The translations under genes and the position numbers were made by a program. A model generated the notes under the pieces. That model saw only the letters and a list, made by a program, of their open reading frames with translations, was not told the origin of the DNA and did not search any database. Shown here one piece after another: positions 13,766 through 25,079 of a DNA stretch of 60,003 bases. How positions within the stretch are numbered: the stretch's first letter is position 1; each line of letters starts with the position of its first letter. Source of the DNA: Octopus bimaculoides (Eukaryota); NCBI RefSeq assembly GCF_001194135.2, contig NC_068993.1:22882723-22942725 (forward strand), written 5' to 3'.

Positions 13766-13992
13766 TTTATACATACAATATAATTTTACTAACGCCATTG
13801 ATCTCTTTATCGTATTCTTTTTTATATATACAAACACTAATTCACGACCCATGCTATATTCCCCACTCATGTTGCAACCACGTCAGGGGCAAAACTAGTC
13901 GGTATACAGCACTTACTCGGTATTACCTGTATCTTTAGGGTTTGGTTGACTCCAATACCCTTCGTAACCTTTATATGAATATAATATATATA

Positions 13993-14451
13993 TGAATAAT
14001 TTCACTGGAAAAAGATACATAAGGTTTGCCAAGAATTATCTTTCTCATCGTAGATCGGTGGTTATCGGACGCTGACGAAGGGAAATAACCCTGAAACTCG
14101 GGTCCGTTCGTGCTACAGATCACGATGAGAGGGATAACTTCCCTTGGCCAAACAAACAGGACACAGAAGTGTGTCGATAAGCCAGCTGGAGGAGATGTCC
14201 TCCTGGGGCTAAAAGCAACAGTAACATCCACCCCTAGGGGTCAGCCACATTTAAGTGGCAATATACTTCACTTTATCGTGCAGTTACTGTTAATACCTCA
14301 TTTAGAGAATTAACATTGCTTGTTTTCACTTTTTCGATATCAGTGAATAATTTCACTGGAAAAAGATACATAAGGTTTGCCAAGAATCATCTTTCTCATC
14401 GGAGATCGGTGGATATCGGACGCTGACGAAGGGAAATAACCCTGAAAGGTC
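13993..14451 (+). mobile_element. 351-bp-period hammerhead-containing non-coding tandem element (retrozyme-like)
   Basis: 13993-14096 repeats at 14344-14447 with 3 substitutions in 104 nt. No meaningful ORF. Intact hammerhead in copy 1; partial third copy at 43461-43608. Confidence 0.75.
14036..14137 (+). ncRNA. Full type I hammerhead ribozyme with extended stem I
   Basis: Stem I ggacg/cgttc, canonical CTGACGA (14072-78), stem II aggg-aaataa-ccct, GAAA, stem III AC-tcgg-GT, GUC cleavage after 14104. A distal 16-bp helix pairs 14036-51 with 14122-37. Confidence 0.85.
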
Positions 14452-14955
14452 ACATTTACCGCATAGGGAGTTACATGGGTGAGCATTTATTATTATTGAC
14501 TATTGCATTTCATAATCTTTCTAACAATTATCTACATGGATTACCATTGAACTTTAAAAGCTCAAAGACAATATAATGTAATGATATATTTAGTTTTTTT
14601 ATATACTTATTATTTTTTTGTAAAATATATTCTTTTCATTTTCCTCCCTAGCCGGAAGATCGGAGATCCTTATCGATATAGCCATGACTAAACTATTAAT
14701 GGTTGATTTAGAATGATTTGAAGAAACGTTAATATATTGTATTACTTGATTACGCGTTCTATTTGGATACTAAAGTTTAGTATTAAGATGTAATGTAACA
14801 TCTAGGAAATTCACAACTTTGGTCTTCATATTATATACTATAGTACGATTAAAGCATTCTATAATTAAGTTGTAATTAAGTAATAACTATATTGACTTAT
14901 AAATTATCAATTTCCTTTCAAAAATATACAACGATATTATTGTTATTTGCCAAAC

Positions 14956-15027
14956 GGGCATATGGCGTAGTGGTTACGAGTACGGGCTAACTAACCCCAA
15001 GATTCCGAGTTCGATTCCAGGCAGTGG

Positions 15028-15065
<38 letters not shown>

Positions 15066-15212
15066 TCGAAAAATACCTTAGGAATGAGAACCCAGGTTAG
15101 AAATTTCCCTAAGACACCTGATGAAAGTTGGAGGATATATCAGCCGAGACGTTGTGTTAACAACAAACAGGATGAGGACAAATATCCGTCAAATATAAAT
15201 AATGTATCTGTA
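14956..15212 (+). mobile_element. tRNA-derived SINE: tRNA-like head + (AAT)n + PLE-like tail with hammerhead
   Basis: Box A TGGCGTAGTGG (14963-73), box B GAGTTCGATTCC (15007-18), (AAT)n, then gacac-CTGATGA-a-agttg..cagcc-GAGACGTT-gtgtt. Related copy at 29315-29588. Confidence 0.8.
15113..15158 (+). ncRNA. Minimal hammerhead, probably inactive copy
   Basis: Stem I gacac/gtgtt, CTGATGA plus A, stem II with one mismatch, GAGA instead of GAAA, ACGT palindrome. Confidence 0.55.
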
Positions 15213-15949
15213 TAGGGTTGATAAAGCAGAAACAACACTAGTTTGATGAGGCAGAAACAGCATGGAATTGTCTGCATAAAGACTGAAAATATTGCTTTGT
15301 TCTGGACTAGTCCATGTTGTTAAGTATGCCACAATCAGTATCGGTAAGTGTTGATCAATATATTTATACGCCAACACTCAGCTCTTCATTTACATGCATT
15401 ATCTTCTGAAACACAAATCTATTTGTGATTAATTGGTATAGTTTGCTAGAGAGTGAAAAAAAAGTAGTTTTTTTAAAAATAAATAGTGACATGCTATTTC
15501 TTCTGTCTTTAATAAACTAATATGCACATCAGCAACCTCGTTTGAACTGACTTATCCATATTAAGACTATAAGAATCGTTCACTGATATGAGCATATACC
15601 ATTGCCAAGGAGGATGAAAATGAAGAAAATAAACTAAACATATATTGACAGGGATCCGAATTAAACTACCTGTATCATCTGTATTTTGCTCAAGTGAAAC
15701 TATTATCATTAGTTACAACTACCATGGAATCGTACTCACTCATATACATATATAATGAACAACTTCCCTTCATCGACTAACATCTACGGATGACGAATAA
15801 AATAACAAGCATCACTTTAACAATATATTGAGTGGTCATATATTTTTACACTTACGCGCAACACATTGAATGATCATATATTTTTATACGTACGCGCTCT
15901 GAGAGTACTCTGGCAGAGATACGATGTGGGAGTTCAGTCTAGACAGAGT

Positions 15950-17100
15950 TATACGAAACAAGAACATTATGGCTGTATATAGCAGAGTTCATGGGCAATT
16001 TTTCCTATGTACAGAAGAATCATAATAGCATCTCTCCCCCACTTCAGCCGACAAGATATTTCAAATAACCCTATGCATGACATTGATCAAGTGGTCCTCT
16101 CCATAGCAAAAAATCTTAGCGAATAGTCCGTATTGGCTAATTGCTTTTCGAAGATTTATCCTAACAATTGATTAACGTTCTTCTTCTAGATGGGGTGGCG
16201 CTTGCATTACACAGACTATGGACAACTGATATATAATATGAGTCACTGTTCAAAAGTCCTAAAAACTTCTTTTCATTGACTGGTGATTTTGTCCATAGTC
16301 TCGTGTACATACTTCCATTCTTTTACCTTCAGAGGTGTGATTCTTGCCGCACGGGACCCAAAAGCATGCGTTATAAGACTGTGTAGCATTTTGTAATTTT
16401 TTAATCAGCAGCGGCCTGCATTTCTGCCTCAATATTCTACCACTAGATATTCTACATTTTTAGTGGAATGTACTTTCATTAGAGCTCCACAAGAATTACT
16501 ATACTTCAGATTTTTCTGCAGGAGGCAGTTTTACAGTAAGAAGTACAATTATTACTTGGTCATTTTCATCAAACCATTACCACAATTTGGAGGAAACTGT
16601 ACCGGATACGTTCTTAGTGTTATTGTTCAGTTCATCACGTGTTCTTACCTTGTGCCAGAATAGTTCGCTGTGCCGAATCTGTCTTGCAACAAGGTCTGTG
16701 TATCTCGGAAGTAGAGTTGAACAACAAAAACGTTTGGGACGCTTAACTGTCTTATGTGATGGAGCACGAGAAATTAATGGTCAAGCTCACATTCGTTCTA
16801 ACATGGGCGTGTCCTGTCCAGCATTCCCCACCACACAGGAACGACATTGTAATTTACGGTTACGGACAATCACGTAGTCCAGTAAGTACCATTGCTTCGA
16901 TCTTGGATGTGTCCATGTTGCTACACTGTCACCTTTGTGCTGGAATTGTTTTCTGAAAATAAACAGCTTAAACTCGGTGCACCAATCGAACAAGTATAAC
17001 CAGATGTATTTTGCATTACCTACACTGAACCCTGCCCGGCAACTACATGTCTGGCAATCCTTGCCGACTCTGGCATTCAAGTCGCAATGAAGGAAATCTT
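15950..17100 (-). mobile_element. Decayed RTE-clade LINE (APE endonuclease and linker)
   Basis: DLNARVGKD, TWTHPRSKQWYLLDYVIVRNR and downstream WFDENDQ motifs. Confidence 0.8.
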
Positions 17101-19225
17101 GTCCGAATAAGCAGTAAATTTCGGAGATACATTCATACATGCATACAGACATACACACACATACATACATACATGCATGCATGCATCCATCTATCCATCG
17201 ATACATACAAACATACATGCGTATATAAATATATGCATACATGCACCGCATATATATTTCACTTAGTATAGGTGAGTTTTCTTTTGAAAGATTAATCCTC
17301 GGAAATCTGTTTTTCATCCGTCACTATTTGCAAATATTTAATTATGCATTTCACACAATCATAATCACAACCAGAAGTTAATTATAATTGCAGCTGGAAT
17401 GTTAACTGTTATACGACTGAAAACTTTAGAAATATACTTTTGCGTGCTTGGGAAACATCGAGAAATATTGCATACATACAATGAGTATAATATAAATTTT
17501 ATGAAATTTGTTTCTACTTATATAAACTGATGAAATGAAAATATATTTTCTAATGAAACATAAATCTAATTAAACTAAAATAAAATTTAGCATTTGTATA
17601 ACACGTCCCATAACTCTTTTGTCATTTATTCCCTTTCCAGTTCAACCCTTCTTCTCTGCATCCGTCTCTATGTTCCTTGCTCTTCTCTCCGCTCATCGTG
17701 CACTTCAACATGCAACTCAATCATCTATATCAGCTATTATTATTATATGGATGTATACGCTGCATTATTATCGCAGGAGGCACATTCACCACAATTTGCT
17801 ACCAAGATTATTAGATAACTGCATTACAATCGAGTTCCTATGTATAGAAATGTGCCAAATGTAAATCTGCGTTGCGTGTATATTAAATACATATTTTATA
17901 AGAAATATAATAATAAGTATCTCTCTCTCACTTTCTCTCTCTTTCTCTCTCTATCTTTCTATCCCTCTCTCTCAGTCCCTGCCTTCTCGCTCTTGCCTTT
18001 TCACATACACACTCCTACACAAGTTACAAGAATAATTATATGACCGCTTAGGAATGTATAGATACTATTAGTTCGCTTTTAAAGCTGGATTTATCGAGGA
18101 TTTCATTTATGATTGTCATATTCACCGAATATTCGATGAATGTTGGGATAACAATAACAAAGAAAGTTCATTCTAAATAATTTTTCAAATTAATTCTGTA
18201 AGAACAGCTGTAACCAAAATGGCTGCATTTTCTAACATCAATGTGATAGACATTTATTTTTGAAATATACATATGTTCAAAATTATATATTCATTACACA
18301 AGCGTATACTTAAACAAACGGATAATTTATAAGTTATTTAATATAAACGTGCTTTTATATTGTCATCTCAACATTTGCATTAAAGTCGATTAAAACAATT
18401 ACCAGGCAAATGTGTGTAAAACAAGCTGCCATAATTATGTTCAACGGTGAATCCAGAATTTGTGTTAAGCTATATGTACATATGTGTTTGTATGTCAATA
18501 AGTATATGCAAAGATGCATACATACATGCATGCATTCATAAACACATATGTATAAATACATATGTGTGTGTGTATTCATATATATATATACACACACACA
18601 TATACGCATATTGATGTTTAATGCGTGTATATACACACATATCCTTGTACATACATACACATTTATATAAGCAGTGATAATGTTGACGTAGACGTAATGG
18701 AATTCTTGTTTAATTGAACAGGGAATATTACAAGACAAGAACTTGAATGTAAAATTATTGCAGATGAAGTTGGAATCGAAATTTAAATGTGACTTTCGCG
18801 TGGGTTAGGTTAGAAAATTATAGAGAATAGATTGAAGGGAAATCTGAATACCCGTTAGTAGCTTGTTGAAACTGTCGTTAAATTTGAAGGACCATTTTGT
18901 TCCCTCGTAACACCATCTCGTGCATATAGAAGACATGAAAAACTGGGTAAGAATTTCTGGGTATGAAGAAAATTCAGAGTGTCGGACCTACTGAAACTCA
19001 TAGGGCAAAGGTTTCGAATCTTTTAACTTATTTGAGGATAAATTATTTCTGGGTGGCATAAGATAACCTTCACTAAAATAACCGCCCCGTTTATCTCTCA
19101 GTATCTCTCATCTGACAGCATATTACTGGTTTCTTCTGCTACTAGAAAACTGAATTCACATTGTAGCCACGCTTTTCCTTTAGCTGAACACATTTTTCTT
19201 AATACTGAGCAATAGGTGAAAAACC

Positions 19226-19408
19226 ATGAGAGGAAAGTGGCTCACCATTCCAGATTTTGAAAGAGGAGCGAGATTTCTCTCCACTATATACGAAATGTAT
19301 ACGAGTGATCCACTATATACGAGATATGCCAAAGATGTTCACCATCATCGTGGCCCTATTGTGAAAATAGTTAAGCACCGTCTTTCATCAGGAAAACTGA
19401 GTGGTTGA
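19226..19408 (+). mobile_element. Possible Tc1-like transposase N-terminal remnant
   Basis: MRGKWLTIPDFERGAR resembles Tc1-family starts (L-S-D-F-E-R-G); the rest is decayed. Confidence 0.25.
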
Positions 19409-20249
19409 GTTGAACAGAGGGTTAGCTTCATATACATTAAGCCTATCATCAAACACACTAACTAACCCTTGGCCAAACAGTAATGATTATTTATGCAGAG
19501 ATAATAATAAGCATGATCACGCAGCGTTACTTCGACTGTTGATCAATTAACTAAACTAATTATGCACCATGATATAAATTAAGCTGTGGGGTATTTTGTC
19601 GATTCACGGTTTAATTATTTATATATTACCCATAACACGGGAAATTATGCAATGGGTAATTTATACGCGATCACTTGTGTTAGTACCCTGATTAATTAAT
19701 ATAAACATGCAGCACAGCAGTCTTATGTCGATAAAGTTGGCTCTTGTTACATCACGCAAAAAAGGCTTAACGAAAGAGCATTAGGAAATAAAATATCTCA
19801 TGCACATTACGATAAATATGCAATTAAATAAGTCTTGTTCCTGTTAATTGTGAATAAACATTTGTATAATTTGTGAGTCTTTCTCCCACTCTTTCTCTTA
19901 ATGAATGCGTTTTTTGTTTATGATTCCTGTGCACACACGCATATGTAATAATGCACATATACATGTAAATATATATGTATATGTGTATCCATCTATCTAT
20001 CTATCTACCTATCTATCTATCTATCTATCTATTCATCCCTCACTCTCTTTATATATACATATATACACACATATANNNNNNNNNNNNNNNNNNNNNNNNN
20101 NNNNNNNNNNNNNNNNNNNNNNNNNNNNNNNNNNNNNNNNNNNNNNNNNNNNNNNNNNNNNNNNNNNNNNNNNNNNNNNNNNNNNNNNNNNNNNNNNNNN
20201 NNNNNNNNNNNNNNNNNNNNNNNNNNNNNNNNNNNNNNNNNNNNNNNCC

Positions 20250-20935
20250 TTCATTTTCTACAATGCTCTTCCATCTATCTGGTAGTTCTTGCAAGGTCCC
20301 TCTTCCAAAATTCACTTGTCCCTGACGAGTAATACTCCTTAACTACTCTTCTGAATTCTTCTACAGAATTCATATACTTTCCGTCCAAAATATTTTGAAG
20401 ACTACGGAATAAATGATAATCAGCTGCAGTGATGTCCGGCGAATACGGTGGATGGGGCATCATTTCCAATTCAAACTGCTCCACCCTTTGGAATATCATC
20501 CTCCTTGTATTTGGCTGAGCATTATCTTGATGGAAGTTCTCCCTTCGTCTTGAAACCAAAGATGGTAGTTTCTCTTCTGGTGCTGGTAATGATGAATAAT
20601 TGAATGATCAAATCCAAGTTTTTCTACCAGTTTCTCGGAGTTTGCAGGACGTCTTCGTCGAGCTCTGCAGGTCTTCTAAAACGAGGCTTATCTTCTAGGC
20701 TGTAGTTTTCAGCACAGAATTTCTGGAAACTCCGTTGACACTGGCTTGCGCTTATTGTCCGATCCCCATGTACTGCATTAATATTCCTCACACTTTCCAT
20801 TGTGCTGTTGCCTTTATTGAACTCATAACGGAAAATATGCCGAATATGATCCTTTGTCACTTCCATTGTAGCTTTGAAAAAATAACTGTTAAAATCGAAC
20901 TACACTCTTCAAGACTTGCACTAAGAATAAGTACA
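20250..20935 (-). mobile_element. Mariner transposon, internally deleted
   Basis: N-terminal HIRHIFRYEFNKG...LEDKPRFRRP; C-terminal FHQDNAQP and HPPYSPDITAADYHLFRSLQN (YSPDL / D34D region). Confidence 0.92.
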
Positions 20936-20999
20936 AGTTAAAATGCTCCTCCATAACATGATCTGGTCCAAATAGCGTCAATTCATACCTGAGGAAGAA

Positions 21000-22150
21000 T
21001 AAGAACACTGTTGCTGAAAGAAGGAATGTGAGCACGAATAGTATCCCCGTTAACAGAACCAAATAAGATAATGCAGCGTGTAACTTCAGGTGGAATGGTG
21101 AATGCAAATTTAATAAACAACTGTATGGTAAAGAACGTGGTTTACAAATGTGAAGTGAAAGCGGATACACTAAAATATAAGTAGATGGGTGCATCCGGAG
21201 ACAAGAAAAATCGACTGCACAACCATCTCACGTAATTTTCCAATGAAAACAAAAGGCACTGCACATCATTATCTAACTTCATCTGGAGTCTCAATCAGAA
21301 TGGAGCGAATCATACAATGAACATTTTTCTATAGCAAAAATCGCTAGATCATAGGATAGAACATCGCGAGTGTGTAACTTATATCGGGAGGAAACTCTGG
21401 AAATCATCACATCCATGAAACACATAATTAATACGCATTCCTAATTCATTGTATCATGCAAACATAAGATCAACGCAGCGTTCGAGCACATTACGAAACA
21501 AAAAAAAATAACCATGAATATCATCTAACTGAACAAGCGAAAAATCTATAAACGAAGTAAACAAAAAAAAACAAAAAAAACAAAACAAGAAAATATTATT
21601 TTCCTATCTTATATCACTGTACCGCCATAAGTGATTAAAAAGACCCTTTAAGAGAACATCATTTATCAACTCAGGCAATGAACTTTGACACAAAAACAAA
21701 GCTTGCTTCCTGGAATTACAACGTTTGAATTCATTGAGGAAATACCTGCTATGACTGAGGCTAAACGAATGACCTATATTAAACATCCAAACATGTGCAC
21801 ATACAAATATCAAAACAAGCATAGCGTCACCACACAGTCCTCTCTCTCCTTTATCGTTACTATTCCTTTCTTTCGTTCCATCACCGACTCGTCTTCCTTA
21901 CCAAATACACATAGGACCGCCCACATATCCCAATGATAGTCCTGATTGCTGAAAATTGATTAACTTACTTAGGTTAAACATTCGTTACTTCCGACTTTAA
22001 CGTCATATCATGTCAAGAAATAAATAACGAACTAAGACCTACATGATGTCCTTGGATATTACAAATTGTACTATAATCAACCGAGGAATAGGGGCTATAG
22101 TCGTAAGAAACATCGAAACTTTGGAAACGCCCGTAGCGATGTATTAAAAT
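21000..22150 (+). mobile_element. PLE 3' fragment (GIY-YIG C-terminus plus tail)
   Basis: CNF..C..NNCMVKNVVYKCEV...RLHNH...TSLSNFIWSL...RVCNL pattern of PLE endonucleases, followed by an A-rich tail. Confidence 0.65.
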
Positions 22151-23075
22151 ATTTATAAATTCCATTCATGGATAATTATTATTATTTTTACTACTACGTT
22201 CGTATCTTTGAGTCGTAGCCGACATAATAAAACAGAGCTGTTATATGCGTAGTCAAAAACGTTTAACGTAGACGAAGATATGTATATAGCACGTATGAAG
22301 GTATGTATGCATGCATGTATGTATGTATTGTTCAGATAAGGCAAAGTAGAGCAAATTGTAGACATTTGTATATTTCTCATCAACATATCATACCCTACTT
22401 TATATTATAATCGAAATATTTCTAAGAAAATAACCAAAAACGAAGTAACATGAGTGGCAGGGATGTCTATTAGGTTGTAGTTTAGATCCGTCTCTAACTT
22501 CACCCCATACAGAGTAAACGATTCTTGCTATAGCCTTGGAACGACACTGTGCGGAGTCTACACATATGTATGCATGTGTGCGTGTGTGTGTGTGTGTGTC
22601 TGTAAGTGTGTGAGCTTTTCTCATGCGTGTAACGTTAAAGTTCATTGTGTCAAAGTTCATTGCCTGAGTTGATAAATGATGTTCTCTTAAAGGGTATTTT
22701 TAATCACTTATGGCGGTACAGTGATATAAGATAGGAAAATAATGTTGTCTTGTTTTGTTTTGTTTTTTTGTTTACTTCGTTTATAGATTTTTCGCTTGTT
22801 CAGTTAGATGCTATTCATGGTTAATTTTTTCTGTTTCGTAATGTGCTCGAACGCTGCGTTGATCTTATGTTTGCATGATACAATGAATTAGGAATGCGTA
22901 TTAATTATGTGTTTCATGGATGTGATGATTTCCAGAGTTTCCTCCCGATATAAGTTACACACTCGCGATGTTCTATTCTATGATCTAGCTATTTTTGCTA
23001 TAGAAAAATGTTCATTGTATGATTCGCTCCATTCTGATTGAGACTCCAGATGAAGTTAGATAATGATGTGCAGTG
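21257..23075. repeat. Long inverted repeat: arms 21257-21693 and 22645-23075, spacer about 950 bp
   Basis: Arms are reverse complements with only scattered substitutions and homopolymer-length differences. Confidence 0.95.
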
Positions 23076-23635
23076 TCGGTGAGAAGCAAAAAAAGCCGTA
23101 AGACACTCGAAGCCTTCCTAGGTAAAAATATAGCAAACATTTTATTGGTGAGTTAGGAACCTGTAATCTATAAACCTCACTTCACAAATTGCGATAACAA
23201 ATACGAAATGAAATGGACAAACAAGACAAGAAAAAGGATAAAAATATTTGTTTTGAATTTGGTAAACAATGCCGTGAACGCGAAAGTTAATAATCCGGTG
23301 GGAACCGTAATCGATGAAGAAAAATTTCGTATAGTTTTTATGTTTAATTTTGTGATAGCTACACCTGCGATGACAGACAAAAAAGCAGTACAAACGGGAA
23401 AAAAATAAGCGTAGAAACAATAAGAGAAATAAAAAAAAAGTAAATGCTCATGAAAAAGAAATCGCAGCTACGATAATATAAACTATCCGATGTAAATGAT
23501 TAAATTTATATGTATTCTATTGTAAAAATGTAAATGTCACTACGGATACTAACATAACCAGTGCAGTATATACAAAGTATTGATAATTAGCTACCACCAC
23601 CGCCACCACTACCACAGTCACCAATAACTAAAAAT

Positions 23636-23642
23636 AATAATT

Positions 23643-23705
<63 letters not shown>
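23636..23705. repeat. (AAT)n microsatellite
   Basis: Pure AAT run directly upstream of R4/Dong fragments. Confidence 0.95.
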
Positions 23706-23708
<3 letters not shown>

Positions 23709-24545
23709 GGTAAAGAGCTGGAAACACTGAAATGACAACGTTTCCCTAAAAGAAATGGAGAAACTTTCAAAATACAAAGACCTGGAAATAGAGGTAACTC
23801 GAATGTGGAATCTAAAAACAGAAACAATTCCTATCATAGTAGGTGCCTTAGAAACATAACAAGTAACTGGAGAATATGTGGCGATCGAATAGAAATAATA
23901 AATCATATCTCTGGCTGCCCAGTCCTGGTTAAGTAGGAATATATTCACAGACACGACAGAGCTGGGACCTATATACACTGGAAGCTATGCCAACACTATG
24001 GAATAACAACAGAAAAAAGATGGTATAAACACACGCCAGTAAAGGTCACAGAAAACGAGAAAGCAACCATACTCTGGGATATGCCAATACACACAGATAG
24101 AGAAATTAAGGCCAATAGACCAGATATAGTTGTCAAAGATCATGAAGAAAAAAAAATGCTTTCTAATTGATACATCAATACCAGCAGATGACAACGTTTC
24201 CCTAAAAGAAATGGAAAAACTTTCAAAATACAAAGACATGGAAATAGAGGTAACTCGAATGTGGAATCTAAAAACAGAAACAATTCCTATCATAGTAGGT
24301 GCCTTAGGTATAATAAAAAAAATATTCAGACAAATACATAACAAAAACACCAGGACTTACAAATATATATAACATACAGAAAATTGCACTACTGGGCACT
24401 GCACACATCCTACGCAAAACACTTTCAATACAGTAACCATAAGAACATCACAGCAAACCACAGTACATACCCAAGGCACAGAGAGCTGCGCTCAGTAGTG
24501 AAGTCAAAGCACGTTATAAAAATAAAAATACTGAATAATAATAAT
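23706..24545 (+). mobile_element. R4/Dong RLE retrotransposon 3' end, preceded by a short duplicate piece (23733-23851 = 24189-24308)
   Basis: CCHC remnant (CGDRIEIINHIISGC), ILWDMPIHTDREIKANRPDIVVKD (PD..D RLE), LGTAHILRKTLSIQ*, 3' UTR and AAT tail. Confidence 0.92.
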
Positions 24546-25060
24546 AAATGCCCTGATGCAGTACAAGGCAGTGACTCATATAGCTTCTGATCTTAACTGA
24601 CTGGAAATATTATCATGTACATTGTATTGGCATAAAATATGGGCTACAGCGAATATTCGGCTCAGTACCACAGATTTACTTGTCAGTTGTTTGACCTTAA
24701 CCAGTTGAGCATGTCCCTTAGTGGCTGACGATATGTGCATCACTCATCACGAGCAAAAGTAGCTGGGGAGCATCATACCCATGTGTTGAAAGGAATTTTT
24801 TGGGGTTTAGATGATTCACCTTTGGAAACATGGGTGCTCAACATCCTTAAACAACTCTTATTCAGGGACCTTTCAAGTTACTCAACCTGAAGAAAATTCT
24901 AACTGGGCCCCACCTACAAGGTCATGCGCTGTTTATCTTGATATGAGATCCCCATGTCGTGCACATGTGGTTGTGATGCATGTGCCTTGTGTACTCTTAT
25001 CAGACGAGTAGTCATGATGGGTATACTGGGCTTCGTATATTTTACCCCTTTGATGGCATT
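24546..25060 (+). mobile_element. About 550-bp non-coding interspersed repeat associated with (AAT)n, copy 1
   Basis: Starts aaatgccctgatgca right after an AAT run; collinear with 35757-36330 and 36546-37010. Confidence 0.85.
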
Positions 25061-25079
25061 GGGTAGCGATTTTCTTCAC

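Noticed and set aside
2664-13938. Long ORFs containing X runs and YI/CV/TH repeats (also near 20.0, 39.0, 53.3 and 55.6 kb)
   Set aside because: Artefacts of N-gaps and microsatellites; not coding.
14956-15031. tRNA gene
   Set aside because: Acceptor and anticodon stems do not close, and it continues into a repeat body, so it is a SINE head.
22040-22135. CCGAGGA...GAAAC motif in a PLE tail
   Set aside because: Too degenerate to assign stems.
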